Origin: Candidatus Krumholzibacteriia bacterium
GTDB lineage: Bacteria; Krumholzibacteriota; Krumholzibacteriia; LZORAL124-64-63
Direction: 5' to 3'
Assembly: GCA_016744705.1 (NCBI GenBank)
Contig: JADGDU010000013.1
Coordinates: 69,709-133,708, forward strand
DNA length: 64,000 bases
The first letter of the stretch is position 1. Each line of letters opens with the position of its first letter. The notes beneath the pieces were generated by a model. The model saw only the letters and a list, made by a program, of their open reading frames with translations. It had not been told where the DNA came from and made no database searches. Of the stretch, positions 11,101 through 22,100 are shown in pieces. The translations under genes and the position numbers were made by a program.

Positions 11101-11670
11101 CCCAAGCTGGGCACCCGCTACAAAGTGGAAACTCCGTCCACCATTGAGAATGGGGATAAGAAGACCGGCAGTTCTTCCAGTGAGAGCAGGCGCGCAGCCA
11201 TGGAGCGGGGCAACCGCGTGCATTTGTTGCTTCAATTGGCTGCAGATGGGGGAGCTCTTCCTGCTGGCGAAGGGCCGGAGTATGATGAAGCGGCCGCCGT
11301 TCTGGCCAACCCTGAATTCGATTGGGTGTTCCATCCGGAAAACCATGGTGGGCGAGGGTTGAGCGAAGCTGCCGTTATCCAGCAAGTGGTGGAGAAATCG
11401 GAAGTGCGCACCACCGGATCCATTGACCGGCTGATCTTGCGGCCTGGTCGCATCGACATCATTGACTACAAAACCAATCGCACCGGTGGTGATGTCGCCC
11501 TGCTGGATGAGTTGTGTCATCACTACCAACCCCAGTTGGAATCATACCGCAAAGTGATGGCGGCCATGCATAAGGACAGTGAAGTTCGGACCTGGCTTTT
11601 GTTCACAGACCCGGAGCTGATGAATGATGGTGGAGCCGCCGGCCGGTTGATGGAGGTGACGGAATCATGA
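8098..11670 (+). CDS. addA: AddA-type ATP-dependent helicase/nuclease (UvrD/REP helicase plus C-terminal RecB nuclease)
   Basis: Walker A (SAGAGKTKVL), helicase motif II (DEFQDTN) and the C-terminal nuclease motif GSIDRLIL ... IDIIDYKTN. 1190 aa. Confidence 0.8.
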   Translation: MMKNSAAEQASIIQRQASDPMISVALRASAGAGKTKVLVDRFLRLCIEETRARAHPRSILAITFTKKAAVEIQERLLEAARELALADDEKLHSHLTDLFGGRPVKDSELAQAAGLYELILEDLSGLNVGTIHSFCQLILGRFAPEAGLDPHFTVLDDNTDLVEEALDLLEEEISLDADLSGAARLLAKDPSGVRRQLQDTHQQGMRLNRWLLAKVPDSPDGSVLPAWKRSQLLPALLEDVRRFLFPDLPVENEVTILEFLPLLEDSLERFLDQGLQQVADDMGADLQTSMAGVIKKIKAKGLPLLDELRAMVVEFGQPDSEDPGNFTRTRRATELVKRIQSVFLTQKGTTLKHSRVTKEGMGEVFNTCVCEQSLGMLTLLRMVNLLELYHVNAALLTLMMKLMDITDKLKRRDRVVDFQDLEDMACRLLADEGRALSLLHRLDDSLNHILLDEFQDTNFNQWDMIEPFVSEFLSWNHDKTTKTVFVVGDVKQSIYSFRAAEPELFATVEERLGALNLPTNFRSLKGVVDSVGCAFTHQPLKGFYSDAESESAHQKCFRDDGEGTTVLLQPYAPEEDELRSGDQLAADAAARLVRNLVDGKTQTRQGKGPGTRDLNWGDIRILCRTRTEIAVYEKAFRSFNIPVMPAGRGMLAASREIQDILALLRWLVYPADDVALATVLRSPIFRFSEAKFQKILVQRELHRKTDEGKLLPPFGLYSTLLKLKEDPEFGSTAMLLSKWRDHVGREDSHDFLRRIFREGRLLEKYQAAGDDQVRHNLTRLFDLALSPEVAGTPTVRHLSDVIERAARRGTEEEAIMPEESGRGRVVFMTIHGAKGLQSPVVLLVDADRKKSSRRSMLRLPIHGEGEPLLFKTKKAHTDGIQLMHVGAVDWAEHPLQDVARLADRSDEVESANLLYVAMTRAEEQLYILGADKARGQNHVSMMSQVRDAAEAGQCTLISQEDPEGLNRPAEAMDQGPNDSDFKKTPVSSSSTATSEETAWTPPKLGTRYKVETPSTIENGDKKTGSSSSESRRAAMERGNRVHLLLQLAADGGALPAGEGPEYDEAAAVLANPEFDWVFHPENHGGRGLSEAAVIQQVVEKSEVRTTGSIDRLILRPGRIDIIDYKTNRTGGDVALLDELCHHYQPQLESYRKVMAAMHKDSEVRTWLLFTDPELMNDGGAAGRLMEVTES

Positions 11671-12020
11671 AGGGCTTTTTGAAAGGTTTTACTTTTGCTT
11701 TTGCTGGTCTTCGGGCTGGTTGGAAAGGGCAGCGGAACATCAAGGTGATGGTTGTGCTGGCTGCGCTGGCGGTGGCTTTGGGGTGGTGGCTGGGCATCAA
11801 CAGGGTGGAATGGGCTGTGGTGGCCCTGGCTTGTGGGTTGGTGCTGGGGCTGGAATTGGTGAACACCGCGGGGGAAAAACTAGTTGATATTCTCAGCCCG
11901 GAAATCAATCTAAAGTATGGTGAGATCAAAGACATTTTAGCGGGGGCCGTGTTGGTTGCTGCTGTGTTTTCTGCTGTTGCGGGTTTGATTATTTTCATAC
12001 CATACATTTTGAATTCATGA
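11667..12020 (+). CDS. dgkA: diacylglycerol kinase / undecaprenol kinase family (DgkA)
   Basis: 117 aa with three TM helices and a conserved E...N.A.E pattern (GLELVNTAGEKLVD) typical of prokaryotic DgkA. It overlaps the addA stop by 4 nt. Confidence 0.7.
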   Translation: MKGFLKGFTFAFAGLRAGWKGQRNIKVMVVLAALAVALGWWLGINRVEWAVVALACGLVLGLELVNTAGEKLVDILSPEINLKYGEIKDILAGAVLVAAVFSAVAGLIIFIPYILNS

Positions 12021-12117
12021 TTTTGGCCGGATGATATGTTGAATTAAGAGGGAATAAAAAAAGAAACGTTTTATTGTTGACAGCGCTCTTGAAACTGAAT
12101 AGAGTGCCTTTATCGCC

Positions 12118-12170
12118 CACCGACCCTTGCCCGTCGGTTACCCACTTCGCCCAACGAGTGGGTTATTTTA
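12118..12170 (+). terminator. two adjacent stem-loops, the second followed by a U-rich tract (putative intrinsic terminator for addB-addA-dgkA)
   Basis: accgac-N8-gtcggt at 12119-12138. Then acccact-N10-agtgggt at 12140-12163, followed by tatttta. Confidence 0.4.
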
Positions 12171-12226
12171 TCGCATCAATCATTCCAATGGTATGGTCAG
12201 GTATTTGTATCTGGCTCGGGGGAGCT

Positions 12227-12245
12227 TTAGTCAAATTTTGACTAA
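12227..12245. promoter_or_regulatory. 19-bp perfect palindrome TTAGTCAAA-T-TTTGACTAA in the long AT-richer leader upstream of the surface-protein cluster
   Basis: Seen directly in the sequence. It lies about 525 nt upstream of the first cluster gene start (12771), inside a ~750-nt non-coding region. Confidence 0.3.
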
Positions 12246-12770
12246 GGTCGTAGCTAGGGTGGATTGAATTTTGGCAATTTTTTTGGGTAATACGACTTTT
12301 ATTGCAGGGGCCGTTTCAGGCCAGGGCCAACGCCTAATTATTAATGAAAAGTGTTTTAGCACTTGTGCGCCAGACCGTAGCCATTTCCCGTTTGAACATT
12401 CCAATCAAAAAAATAACCCAGCCCTGGGGTATATAAATTCCTTCGGGCTCTTCGGTGAAAAATCATTCCGAGGAGCGCACACCATCCCGATCTTTTTTGG
12501 CGCAAAACAATCAACGGCTATGTCGTTTGGGAGTTTGGCGAAGAGGGTCGCGGGCACTTCAGAAGCATTTTTAAAAATGGGAGAGGAGGCAAATTCCAAC
12601 ATCCACTAGCCAGTTCAAGCATTTCTGATTTGAGAACCTGACATGCTTGCACTACAGAGGAGCGGTTTCTAGCCGCCCTCTCCCTAAACCGCACAGGGCG
12701 GCCTACTTGTGATTATCTCACATTTACCCCCCCTGTGTCAATTACATGTCCTGAGGGAGGTCTCATTGTG

Positions 12771-15700
12771 ATGAGAAACAGATTATTAGCCCAAATTTGC
12801 CTGGTTATTTTGGTTGCAGGGTTTACTGCAGCTGTACAGGCGGAACCGATTATTTCCGTAACTACTGATGCCGTTGGTCCCATCGGCTGTACAGATCCTG
12901 TCACGTATACTGTGAACTACGATCCGAACGGCTATGAAGCCGGTGGCGCTCCACTGGAGCTCTTTGGTTTCGATATTGTCATGGAGAATGATGATTTAGA
13001 TGTTGTTACATTTGAAGCTTCTGATGTGGCTAATATTGATTGGCCGGGACTCTTTCTCAATGTAGATGTTGGCGAGCAGGTCAAGGTCAGCGGTACTTTC
13101 CTGTCAGCAGAAAGAGTCACTGAAGCAACAGACTTGTTCTCCATAGTAGTGCATGGCAATAGTACTTCAGGAATTGGAGAACTAAATATTGTTGATGTAA
13201 CTCTGACTCGCGATGTTGGGCAATTAAATCCCCAAATTATTCCGGCGGAGCCTTGGGCGACTCCTATTGCTACCATCGCAGTTGATTGCACTCCCCCTGA
13301 TGCTCCGATCTTTTTTGCGGAACCTGAATTCACACCCGGAACCGTCAACACTGTTTATTGGAATGCACTTGTTGATGCAGCTGAGTACAATGTGGTTTGC
13401 AGCAATGGCGAGGTAAGTGGATGGCAGGCCGCTACGGAATTTACGTTTGGTAACCTGATGCATAACATCACGTACACCTACGAAGTTCAGGCAAGAGATG
13501 CCTTGGGAAATGAAGGGGTTTTCTCTGCTTCTGTGATCAGCACCCAGGATGCAGTAACGCCAGAATCTGCAGTGGGCGTATTGGATCCTGCCTACGGTAC
13601 TGTGTTATTCGATGTTCCCTGGACTGCCAGCGATGATATGAGCGGCGTGGCGTATGTCCAACTGCGGTACCGGTTAGTTGGCGGTGCCTGGGATGATTTC
13701 GAACTCACTCACACAGTTTCGCCCATCGCATTTGAGGCTGATTTGGGTGACGGTTTATATGAATTCTACACTATTGCCACAGACAATGCTGGGAATGTGG
13801 AAGTTGACCCTGAAATCGGCACGGTTCAGGTCAATGTAGATACAACTGAACCGATTGCCCCGACGATTATTGCCGAACCTGATTTCACTCCTGGTACGAC
13901 AAATACGATTTATTGGGATCCAGTCGAGGGAGCTACCCTGTACTTGGTCTCTTGCAGTAATGGTACCGATTCCGGCTGGATTGCGGGTCTGGAATGGACC
14001 TTCAGCGATTTAATTGACGGTACTACATACGAATATAGAGTGCGCGCCAAAGACGCTCTCGAAAATCTTGGCGATTTTTCAGATCCAGCTGAATCATCCA
14101 CTCAGGATGACTTAGCTCCGGATTCTGATATTGATGCTCCCGCACCAGGGAACATTGCAGTCCAGGCCTTCGATATTGAAGTGGTGCTTGATGACTTTGG
14201 TGGCAGCGGTGTAGTCCTGACCCGGTTGTTCTACAACATGGACGGAACAACCTGGATTCAATTTGGTGATGGGTTTCCCGGGTTAATTATTCCTTTCGTG
14301 GCACCCGATGATGGTGTGTTCGAATTCTACACCATCGCGGAAGATGCTGTGGGTAATGTGGAAGACGCTCCCGACGAACCTCTTCTCACTTTGACCGTCG
14401 ATACGTATGGGCCTATTGGTACTTTTGCTATTAATGACGGTGCTGAATATACCACAAGCTGTGATGTGATTCTAAATAACGACTACGATGACATCAATGA
14501 TGTTGTTTCCATGCGTTTCCGCGACCAACCTGTGGACCCAGAAGAAGTGTGGACAGAAGGATGGATCGCTTATGTGGACTCTTTCCTCTGGACTCTGGAT
14601 TGTGTTGGTGAGGATTACATCATCCAGGCACAATTTAAGGACGGAACAGATCAAATCACCAATGCGTCCGATTCTATCATCCTGGATAATACACCGCCTT
14701 CGGCTGTAACACTTCCCTGGAATGTTGGCCTGGTGTCTGGCAACAATTCCATAACCATCAATTGGATTGAAAATGAAGTTGACACCGATTTGGAGAAGGT
14801 GGAAATCTGGGCGGCTCTCTGGGATACTTTGGCCAACGATGTAGGAGTATCGGCTTACCCCGAATACGATGACATTTTCGGTGCACCCACTACGCCATCT
14901 CCAGTTTCATTGGATAGTCTGATGGTTGATCCTGACTATATTCTCCTGGCAGAAGTTCCTGCTGGAGAACTGACTTTCTTGCATGAAGCATCTGCTCGTG
15001 GAGCATATTTCTATTATCTCTTCGCAAAGGACCATGCTGGAAATTACAGCGCTCCTCAAACAACGTACCCCGCGCGTACGGTAAACTATATTTTGGGTGA
15101 TTTTGATGAAGACGGTGAAATCGGAATCATTACAGATGTCTCTCTTTTTGCCTCTGCCTACGGAACAAGAGAAGTAGCTGGCGTGCCGGAAGCTGGTTAC
15201 GACGGTGTGTATGATATCGGACTATACAACGACCCTTGGTTCCAACCGATCCCCGTGACTGATAATGAAATTGAATTCAACGATCTTATGGTTCTGGCAT
15301 CCAATTTCAATGCTCAATCTGGTGGGAAATCATCAACCGGGACCCCGGAAACACCCGTGTTGACCTGGTACCAGCTCGATGACCTGAACTGGGCCCTCGG
15401 TCTGGTAGAGCCTTGCAACAGCCTCAAAGGTCTTCGGGTTTCCCATTTGTTACCTGAAAATGCAACGATTGAATACAATCTGAGTCAGAATCTCAAAAGT
15501 ACGCCGACTTACTTCCTGGCCAACAACGAACGTAATGGTCTGGATCTAGGTTTTGCAGTACTCGGCAACAACTCGGTATTCCCGGGATCTGGTGAAATTC
15601 TGAAGGTTACAACCTCTGAACCCATGGACTTGACTAACGTCACCATCCAGGTTCGGGATGCCAACAACGAAAGCATCAAATTTGAACTGAAGTCTGAGCC

Positions 15701-15995
15701 TCTGGTGACTCTGCCCTCAGTTTACAGTTTGAATGCAAATTATCCCAACCCCTTCAATCCACAAACCACCATCAAGTTTGCACTGCCCGAAGCCCAGGAT
15801 GTGAGGTTGGAGATCTTCAACATCAAGGGCCAACGTGTGCGTGTGCTGATGAGTGAAAGCATGTCGGCCGGAGTCCACAGTGTGATTTGGAACGGCACCG
15901 ACGGTGGCGGAAGAACGGTAGCCTCGGGCACCTACTTCTACCGCCTCCAGGCTGGTCCCATGAATGAGACCCAACGGATGTTGCTGCTGAAATAG
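12771..15995 (+). CDS. secreted multidomain surface protein: cohesin-like N-terminal domain, FN3-type modules, dockerin-like segment, T9SS C-terminal sorting domain
   Basis: Signal peptide MRNRLLAQICLVILVAGFTAAVQA with a GGGAGG ribosome-binding site upstream. The N-terminal segment VTYTVNYDPNG...LELFGFDIV resembles a cohesin core. Two FN3-like modules (AEPEFTPGTVNTVYWN..., AEPDFTPGTTNTIYWD...YEYRVRAKDALEN). Dockerin-like GDFDEDGEIGIITDVSLFASAYG ... VTDNEIEFNDLMVLASNFN at about 15081-15310. CTD ...NYPNPFNPQTTIKF...GTYFYRLQAGPMNETQRMLLLK. Confidence 0.8.
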   Translation: MRNRLLAQICLVILVAGFTAAVQAEPIISVTTDAVGPIGCTDPVTYTVNYDPNGYEAGGAPLELFGFDIVMENDDLDVVTFEASDVANIDWPGLFLNVDVGEQVKVSGTFLSAERVTEATDLFSIVVHGNSTSGIGELNIVDVTLTRDVGQLNPQIIPAEPWATPIATIAVDCTPPDAPIFFAEPEFTPGTVNTVYWNALVDAAEYNVVCSNGEVSGWQAATEFTFGNLMHNITYTYEVQARDALGNEGVFSASVISTQDAVTPESAVGVLDPAYGTVLFDVPWTASDDMSGVAYVQLRYRLVGGAWDDFELTHTVSPIAFEADLGDGLYEFYTIATDNAGNVEVDPEIGTVQVNVDTTEPIAPTIIAEPDFTPGTTNTIYWDPVEGATLYLVSCSNGTDSGWIAGLEWTFSDLIDGTTYEYRVRAKDALENLGDFSDPAESSTQDDLAPDSDIDAPAPGNIAVQAFDIEVVLDDFGGSGVVLTRLFYNMDGTTWIQFGDGFPGLIIPFVAPDDGVFEFYTIAEDAVGNVEDAPDEPLLTLTVDTYGPIGTFAINDGAEYTTSCDVILNNDYDDINDVVSMRFRDQPVDPEEVWTEGWIAYVDSFLWTLDCVGEDYIIQAQFKDGTDQITNASDSIILDNTPPSAVTLPWNVGLVSGNNSITINWIENEVDTDLEKVEIWAALWDTLANDVGVSAYPEYDDIFGAPTTPSPVSLDSLMVDPDYILLAEVPAGELTFLHEASARGAYFYYLFAKDHAGNYSAPQTTYPARTVNYILGDFDEDGEIGIITDVSLFASAYGTREVAGVPEAGYDGVYDIGLYNDPWFQPIPVTDNEIEFNDLMVLASNFNAQSGGKSSTGTPETPVLTWYQLDDLNWALGLVEPCNSLKGLRVSHLLPENATIEYNLSQNLKSTPTYFLANNERNGLDLGFAVLGNNSVFPGSGEILKVTTSEPMDLTNVTIQVRDANNESIKFELKSEPLVTLPSVYSLNANYPNPFNPQTTIKFALPEAQDVRLEIFNIKGQRVRVLMSESMSAGVHSVIWNGTDGGGRTVASGTYFYRLQAGPMNETQRMLLLK

Positions 15996-16010
15996 GTTTT
16001 AAAACCTAAA

Positions 16011-16034
16011 GGGAGCCCGCTGCGGCGGGCTCCC
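16011..16034 (+). other. GC-rich 10-bp stem-loop (gggagcccgc-tgcg-gcgggctccc) in the 125-nt spacer between the two large surface-protein genes
   Basis: Perfect inverted repeat seen in the sequence. There is no U-tract on the + strand (an A-run follows), so it is more likely an attenuator or stabiliser element than a canonical terminator. Confidence 0.3.
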
Positions 16035-16147
16035 TAAAAAACAATGAAAATCGCCCTATTAGCAAAGGCATTGATCTGAGGGATATGTGCCTTTAAAGCC
16101 AAAAAAGGATTTTTGCGTTATTGACCATCATTGCGGGAGGTCGCCCC

Positions 16148-19100
16148 ATGAAAAATTTTACTATTCCCAAATCTTTGTTGATTGCCTTAATGGTGGTCTT
16201 TGTTGCGGGCGCTGCCAACGCCCAGGTTTCTCTGCGCTTTGAGCCCGAAAATTCCACCGTCGAGATGGGTGGTAGCCAGCGTGTAGGTGTTTGGCTTGAT
16301 GAAGCAATGGACGTGCGAACCATTGAATTAACGGTGTCATATGATACGGAATTTTTAGCAAGTATCGGCGGAGGGCCAGGTGCCGCTTATGACGCTTTGC
16401 CCGGCTCTCCACAAATATTTGAAGGATTTGATGACAGTACACCAGGTCAATGGACGGGATATGCTGTCGCCATAGGCGCCTCGGTTTACATTACCGGACC
16501 GGGCGAATTGTACTTCTGGGATATCGAGGGATTGGTCCCAGGAGTGGCAAACATTACTACGGTGTCAGTGGCATTGGCTGGTGCCGACGGTTTGGCCATT
16601 GCCGATGTTACTCTGGATGCTACCACCCTGGAAGTCCTGGCCCCATTTGATAGCCCTGCCTTCATTCCAGAACCGGAATTCACCCCCGGAACCACCAATA
16701 CAGTTTCCTGGAATGACGCCGGTGCCACCGAGTATCAGGTACAAATGGCCGACAGCCCAGCTTTCACAAGCATTGTAGCGGATACTGATTGGATCAGCGC
16801 AACCAGCTACGATTTTGCTGGTTTGACCAATGGGCAAACATATTATTACCGAATCAGAGCCCGATCCGATGCTCCGGTATACGAAGGCGAGTGGATGGCC
16901 GGAACCGTTTTCTCCACCCAGGATGATGGTCCGCCAAGCTCTCAAGCGGAGCCCTTGGACATCTATCAAACGAACTTCACTTTTCCGGTTCCCTGGACCG
17001 GCAGTGACGCCGTCAGCGGTCTCTCCAAAGTAGAGCTCTGGGTAGACGGTGGCAGTGGTTATTCACTGTATGAAACAAACACAGACCCTGACTCCGGAAC
17101 CCCCTTCTCTTATACCGCACCAATAGAAGGATCCTATAGTTTTTACACGATTGCCTATGATGATGTGGATAACGCGGAAGCCGCTCCTGAGGTTGCCGAC
17201 GCGTTAACAACGGTCGACGTCACCGCGCCCTCAGGCGATTTGTTGATCAATGTCGGGGCGACCTTGACCAACGATCAGGCGGTGACGTTGACTAATAGTA
17301 TTATTGATGCGACGCTGATGCGTTTCACCAATATTGAAAACGATTTTTCCGCGATGGAGTCACAATGGCAGACTTTCGGTGCCTCTCTGGCTTGGAACTT
17401 AACTGCCGGTGATGGAGAAAAAACCGTATATGCCGAGTATATCGATGTGGCTGGTAATATTTACCGCATCAGTGCGGACATTCTTCTCGACATGACCCCT
17501 CCTGCCGATTCCTTTGTCATTAACAATGGGAATCTAATGACCAACAGCCAAGCGGTGATGCTGACCAATGCCGGCAGCGACGCAGTAGAAATGCGTTTCA
17601 CCAACACCGACGGTGTCTGGCCGGGTTGGGCAACTTATGCAGCTACTATGGATTGGGAAATCCCCGCAGGGGAAGCAGAACATACTGTTTTTGCCCAATA
17701 CCGTGACGAAGCAGGGAATGTTTCTGATGAGAGCGCTGCTATCACTTTGGACACCATTGCTCCAGTGGCTTCATTTTTCATCAACGGTGATGATCCTTTG
17801 ACCAACGCCACCAGTGTTGTCCTGAACAATACCAGCACTGAAGCCGCCATGATGCAATTCAGCAATGATGGCGCCACCTGGTCCGGTTGGCTGACTTTTA
17901 CTGAAGCCCACGACTGGGTTCTCGCTGATGTTGAAGGGGCACACACTGTCTTCGGTGAGTTCCGGGACGAAGCAGGTAATATTACTGCCATTACGGATGA
18001 GATCACCCTCGACTCTATTGATCCTGTAGCCGGTTTCGTCATCAACGACGATGCCGCTGCCACCAACCTGACTGCTGTTACATTGACCAGCACCACCGTG
18101 GATGCCGTGTCGATGCAATTCAGTAATGATGGAATCACTTATTCCGGTTGGGTGCCCTTTGCCGAAACCTACTCGTGGGAATTGGTGATGGCCGATGGTG
18201 ACCACACTGTTTATGGCCAGTTCCAGGATCTGGCCGGTAATGTGCTGGATACTGAGGATGAAATTTCCCTCGATACCACTGCGCCCCTGGGTGTGATCGT
18301 TATTAACAATGGTGCGTCTCTGACTAATGATCCCGATATCACTCTGACCAACGCCATCACCGGTGCCACCACCATGCAATTCAGCAACGATGGCCTGACT
18401 TGGTCCGCGGTCCTGCCGTTCAGCGGCACACATGCCTGGTCGCTGCCCGATGTTGACGGCTCTCATACCGTTCTCGGGAAATTCTTTGATGCGGCGGGCA
18501 ACGAATATAATGCCGAGGATAGTATCACTCTCGATTCCAGTCCTCCTGATGGGAGCTTCGTTATTAACAACGATGAAGCCATCACCAATAGCCAGGATGT
18601 TGGCCTTACCAACTCGGTTTTTGGCGCGGTGGAAATGCGTTTCACAAACACCGAGGACTATTGGGACGGTGTGGGGTCGGAATGGCAATCCTACGCTGTG
18701 GCAATAGCTTGGACCCTGGAAGCGGGCGAAGGCAGCCACACAGTCTATGGCCAATACCGGGACACGGCTGGCAACATCATCGACGCCGAGGACGCCATCG
18801 TGCTGGACACTGTGGGGCCACCGGCAACCTTTGTGGTTAACAATGACGATGTTTATACCAACAGCACTCTGGTTTTGTTGACCAATACCAGCACCGAAGC
18901 TGAGCAGATGCGGTTCAGCAACGACGGAGTGACTTATTCAGGTTGGACCGCCTACCTGGAGAGTTACGACTGGACTCTGACCGACACCGAAGGTGAACGG
19001 ACTGTCTATGGTCAATTCATGGACATCGCCGGAAATATTACTCAAGACGATGATACCATCACCCTGGATACCGTGGAGCCGGTTGCCAGCTTTGTCATCA

Positions 19101-22100
19101 ACAACGACGAAGCTGTGACCGGTGATCTGGCTATCGTGCTGACAAACACCGCCACTGATGCGGCGGCCATGCAGTTCAGTAATGACGGCACCACCTATTC
19201 TGGTTGGGTGGACTATTCTGATACCCTGCCTTGGATCTTGGAAGCCGGTGAGGGTGATCATACTGTGTACGGTCAATTCCGGGATTTAGCCGGAAATGTG
19301 ACCGATGCGGACGACATCATCACCCTTGACCAAGCCGCTCCTGCGGGCAGCTTCGTCATCAATGACAATGATGCCTTTACCAATGACCTGAATGTTGTTT
19401 TAACCAATAGCATCACCGGTGCTACGGAAATGCAGTTCAGCAACGACGGGATTTCTTTCGCCAACTGGGTGGCCTACACGGCCACTTCTGATTGGGTTTT
19501 GACCACCGTCGATGGTGACAAAACGGTTTATGGAAATTTCCGGGATGCCGTAGGGAATGTTTTCCAAAGCACCGACTTGATCACCCTGGACACAGCCCCG
19601 CCGGCTGCCCTGTTCGTAATCAACGGCGATGATGTAACGACGGGAAATCCCAGTGTCAGTTTGACCAATACCAGCACTGAAGCTGTGCAAATGCAGTTCA
19701 GCAATGACGGCGTAACCTTCTCGAATTGGGTTGGCTACGACACATATTTCGCCTGGGATATCCCCAATGTTGATGGCGAGCACACGGTGTACGGAATATT
19801 CCGGGATGCCGCTGGTAATACTACCGAAGCCAGCGACATGATCACCCTGGATACAACCGCTCCCGATGCTGACTTTGTCATCAATGATGACGCAGTCTTC
19901 ACCAACAGCGAAAATGTTGTTCTGACCAACACAGTGGTTGGGGCGACAGAGATGCAGTTCCGCAATGAGACTGGTGCCTGGACCAACTGGATGCCGTTCT
20001 CGCCCACTCACAATTGGATTCTCTCCGCTGGTGATGGGGAAAAAACAGTGGGCGGAATATTCCGCGACAGCAGCGGCAATACAACCGAAGCCACTGATGA
20101 GATCATCCTCGACACCACCGAACCCGACGGCAGTTTCGTTGTCAACAACGACGAACAGTTCACCAACAGTGTGGATGTGGTGTTGACCAACAGCATGACT
20201 GGCGCCACGGAAATGCAGTTCCGCAATGCGGATGGCCAGTGGTCTGACTGGGTCGGTTATTCTGCAACCTTCGCTTGGGTTCTGGACGATGTGGAAGGCC
20301 TGCAAACCGTGAATGGGCAGTACCGGGATAATGCCGGAAATTCTACCTTCGTAAGCGACCAGATCACCTTGGACCGAGTGGTGCCTACGGCCGCCTTCGT
20401 CATCAATGATGATGATGTGTTCACCGGTGATCCCAATGTTGTACTCACCAATACCAGTGCTGATGCGGTACAAATGCAGTTCAGCAACGATGGCATCACG
20501 TTCTTTGATTTGGTTCCTTATGCTCAGACCCATGACTGGGTTCTTGGCGGTGGCGACGGACAGCACACCGTGTACGGTCAATTCTTTGACCAGGCCGGAA
20601 ACATGACTGCCACCACCGATGAGATCGTTCTGGATACAACAGCGCCAGACGTGCCTGTCTTGGCTGCAGAGCCGCTGTTCACCCAGGGTGAGGCCAATAC
20701 CTTAGTATGGAATGACCTGGGCGCAGAAGCCTACTACGTGGAAATGGCCACTGATGGATCCTTCGGGACCGTCTTGGCCAACTCCGATTGGATCTCGGCC
20801 ACCGAGTTCGCATTCTCGGGTCTGGATCATGGTCAGACCTATTTCTACAGGGTTAAGGCTCGGGATGATCTGGGTAATGAAACCGAATGGTCCGGTGTTG
20901 AAAGCTCCACTCAGGATGCCCTGGCACCAGTTTCATCGGCTGGCCCACTCGATACGTATCAAACCAATGCAACATTCGAAATTCCCTGGAGTGGCAGCGA
21001 CGAGACCAGCGGACTGGCCAGTGTTGAACTGTTTGTTGATGGCGGCAGCGGGTTCGTCTCCGCCGGCATCACAACGGAAATGGCTACACCAGTTCCTTTC
21101 TCTTACACCGCTTCTGGTGAAGGGATATACAGCTTCTATACCGTGGCCACGGATATTGCCGGTCTGGAGGAGGACGCACCTGGGGCAGGGGATGCTGTGA
21201 CCACGGTTGATTTTACTGCACCTGTGGGAACCATTGCCATCAACGATGGCGCGGATCTGACCAACGATCCCAATGTCGAACTCACTTTGGCAGTGACCGA
21301 TGCTGTTCAGATGCGGTTCCGCAATGCGGGAGACAGTTGGTCGGAACTGGAGGCCTACGCCAATACCCGAGCCTGGATTCTTCCATCAGTTGATGGCCTG
21401 GCCACGGTTGAAGCGGAATTCCTGGATGCGGCTGGCAACTTACTGGAAGCCAATGATGGCATCGAATTTGACATGACACCACCCGAAGGCACCCTGGCCA
21501 TCAACGGTGATGCGCCTGTGACCAATGATCCGGTTGTGGTACTGGACAACGGTATTACCGGGGCAACTCAGATGCGGTTCAGCAATGATGGTTCCAGCTG
21601 GCCTTCATGGCTTGATTATGCCGATACCCACGTCTGGACTCTGACACCAGGTGATGGACTGAAAACAGTTTATGGCCAGTATCGTGATCTGGCTGGCAAT
21701 GTGTTGGCCCTCAACGATCAAATTACGGTCGACACCACGGCTCCCGAAATGCCAGTGATGGTGGCGGAACCGGCATTCACTCAGGGTGAAAGCAACATCG
21801 TGGCCTGGAGTAATATCGGAGCCGATTCTTATTATGCGGAAATGGCTGATGATGAGCTGTTCACTAATGTCCTGACCCAATCGGATTGGATCCCAGGAAC
21901 AGAGTTCACTTTTGCCGGGCTCAGTGATGGCCAACGCTATTACTTCCGGGTGAAAGCGCGTGATGCTTTGTTTAACGAAACGGGTTGGTCAGGAGCAGTG
22001 TATTCTACTCAGGATGCTGGTGCCCCTGTTTCGGCCGCAGGTCCTTTGGATGCCTACCAAACCAACCTCACAGTTTCGGTACCCTGGACTGGCAGCGATG

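Noticed and set aside
12271-12609. 112-aa ORF in the long intergenic leader
   Set aside because: No ribosome-binding site, odd composition and no motif. The region looks regulatory and structured rather than coding. Kept only as part of the leader finding.
16011-16034. Stem-loop between the two large genes as a canonical intrinsic terminator
   Set aside because: No downstream U-tract on the + strand and no minus-strand gene to terminate. Retained only as a possible attenuator or RNA-stability element at low confidence.
17219-20650. Regularly spaced repeats that could be mistaken for a CRISPR array
   Set aside because: The period is about 264 bp with no short invariant repeat and variable spacer structure. 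The repeats are in-frame protein-coding Ig-like domains.
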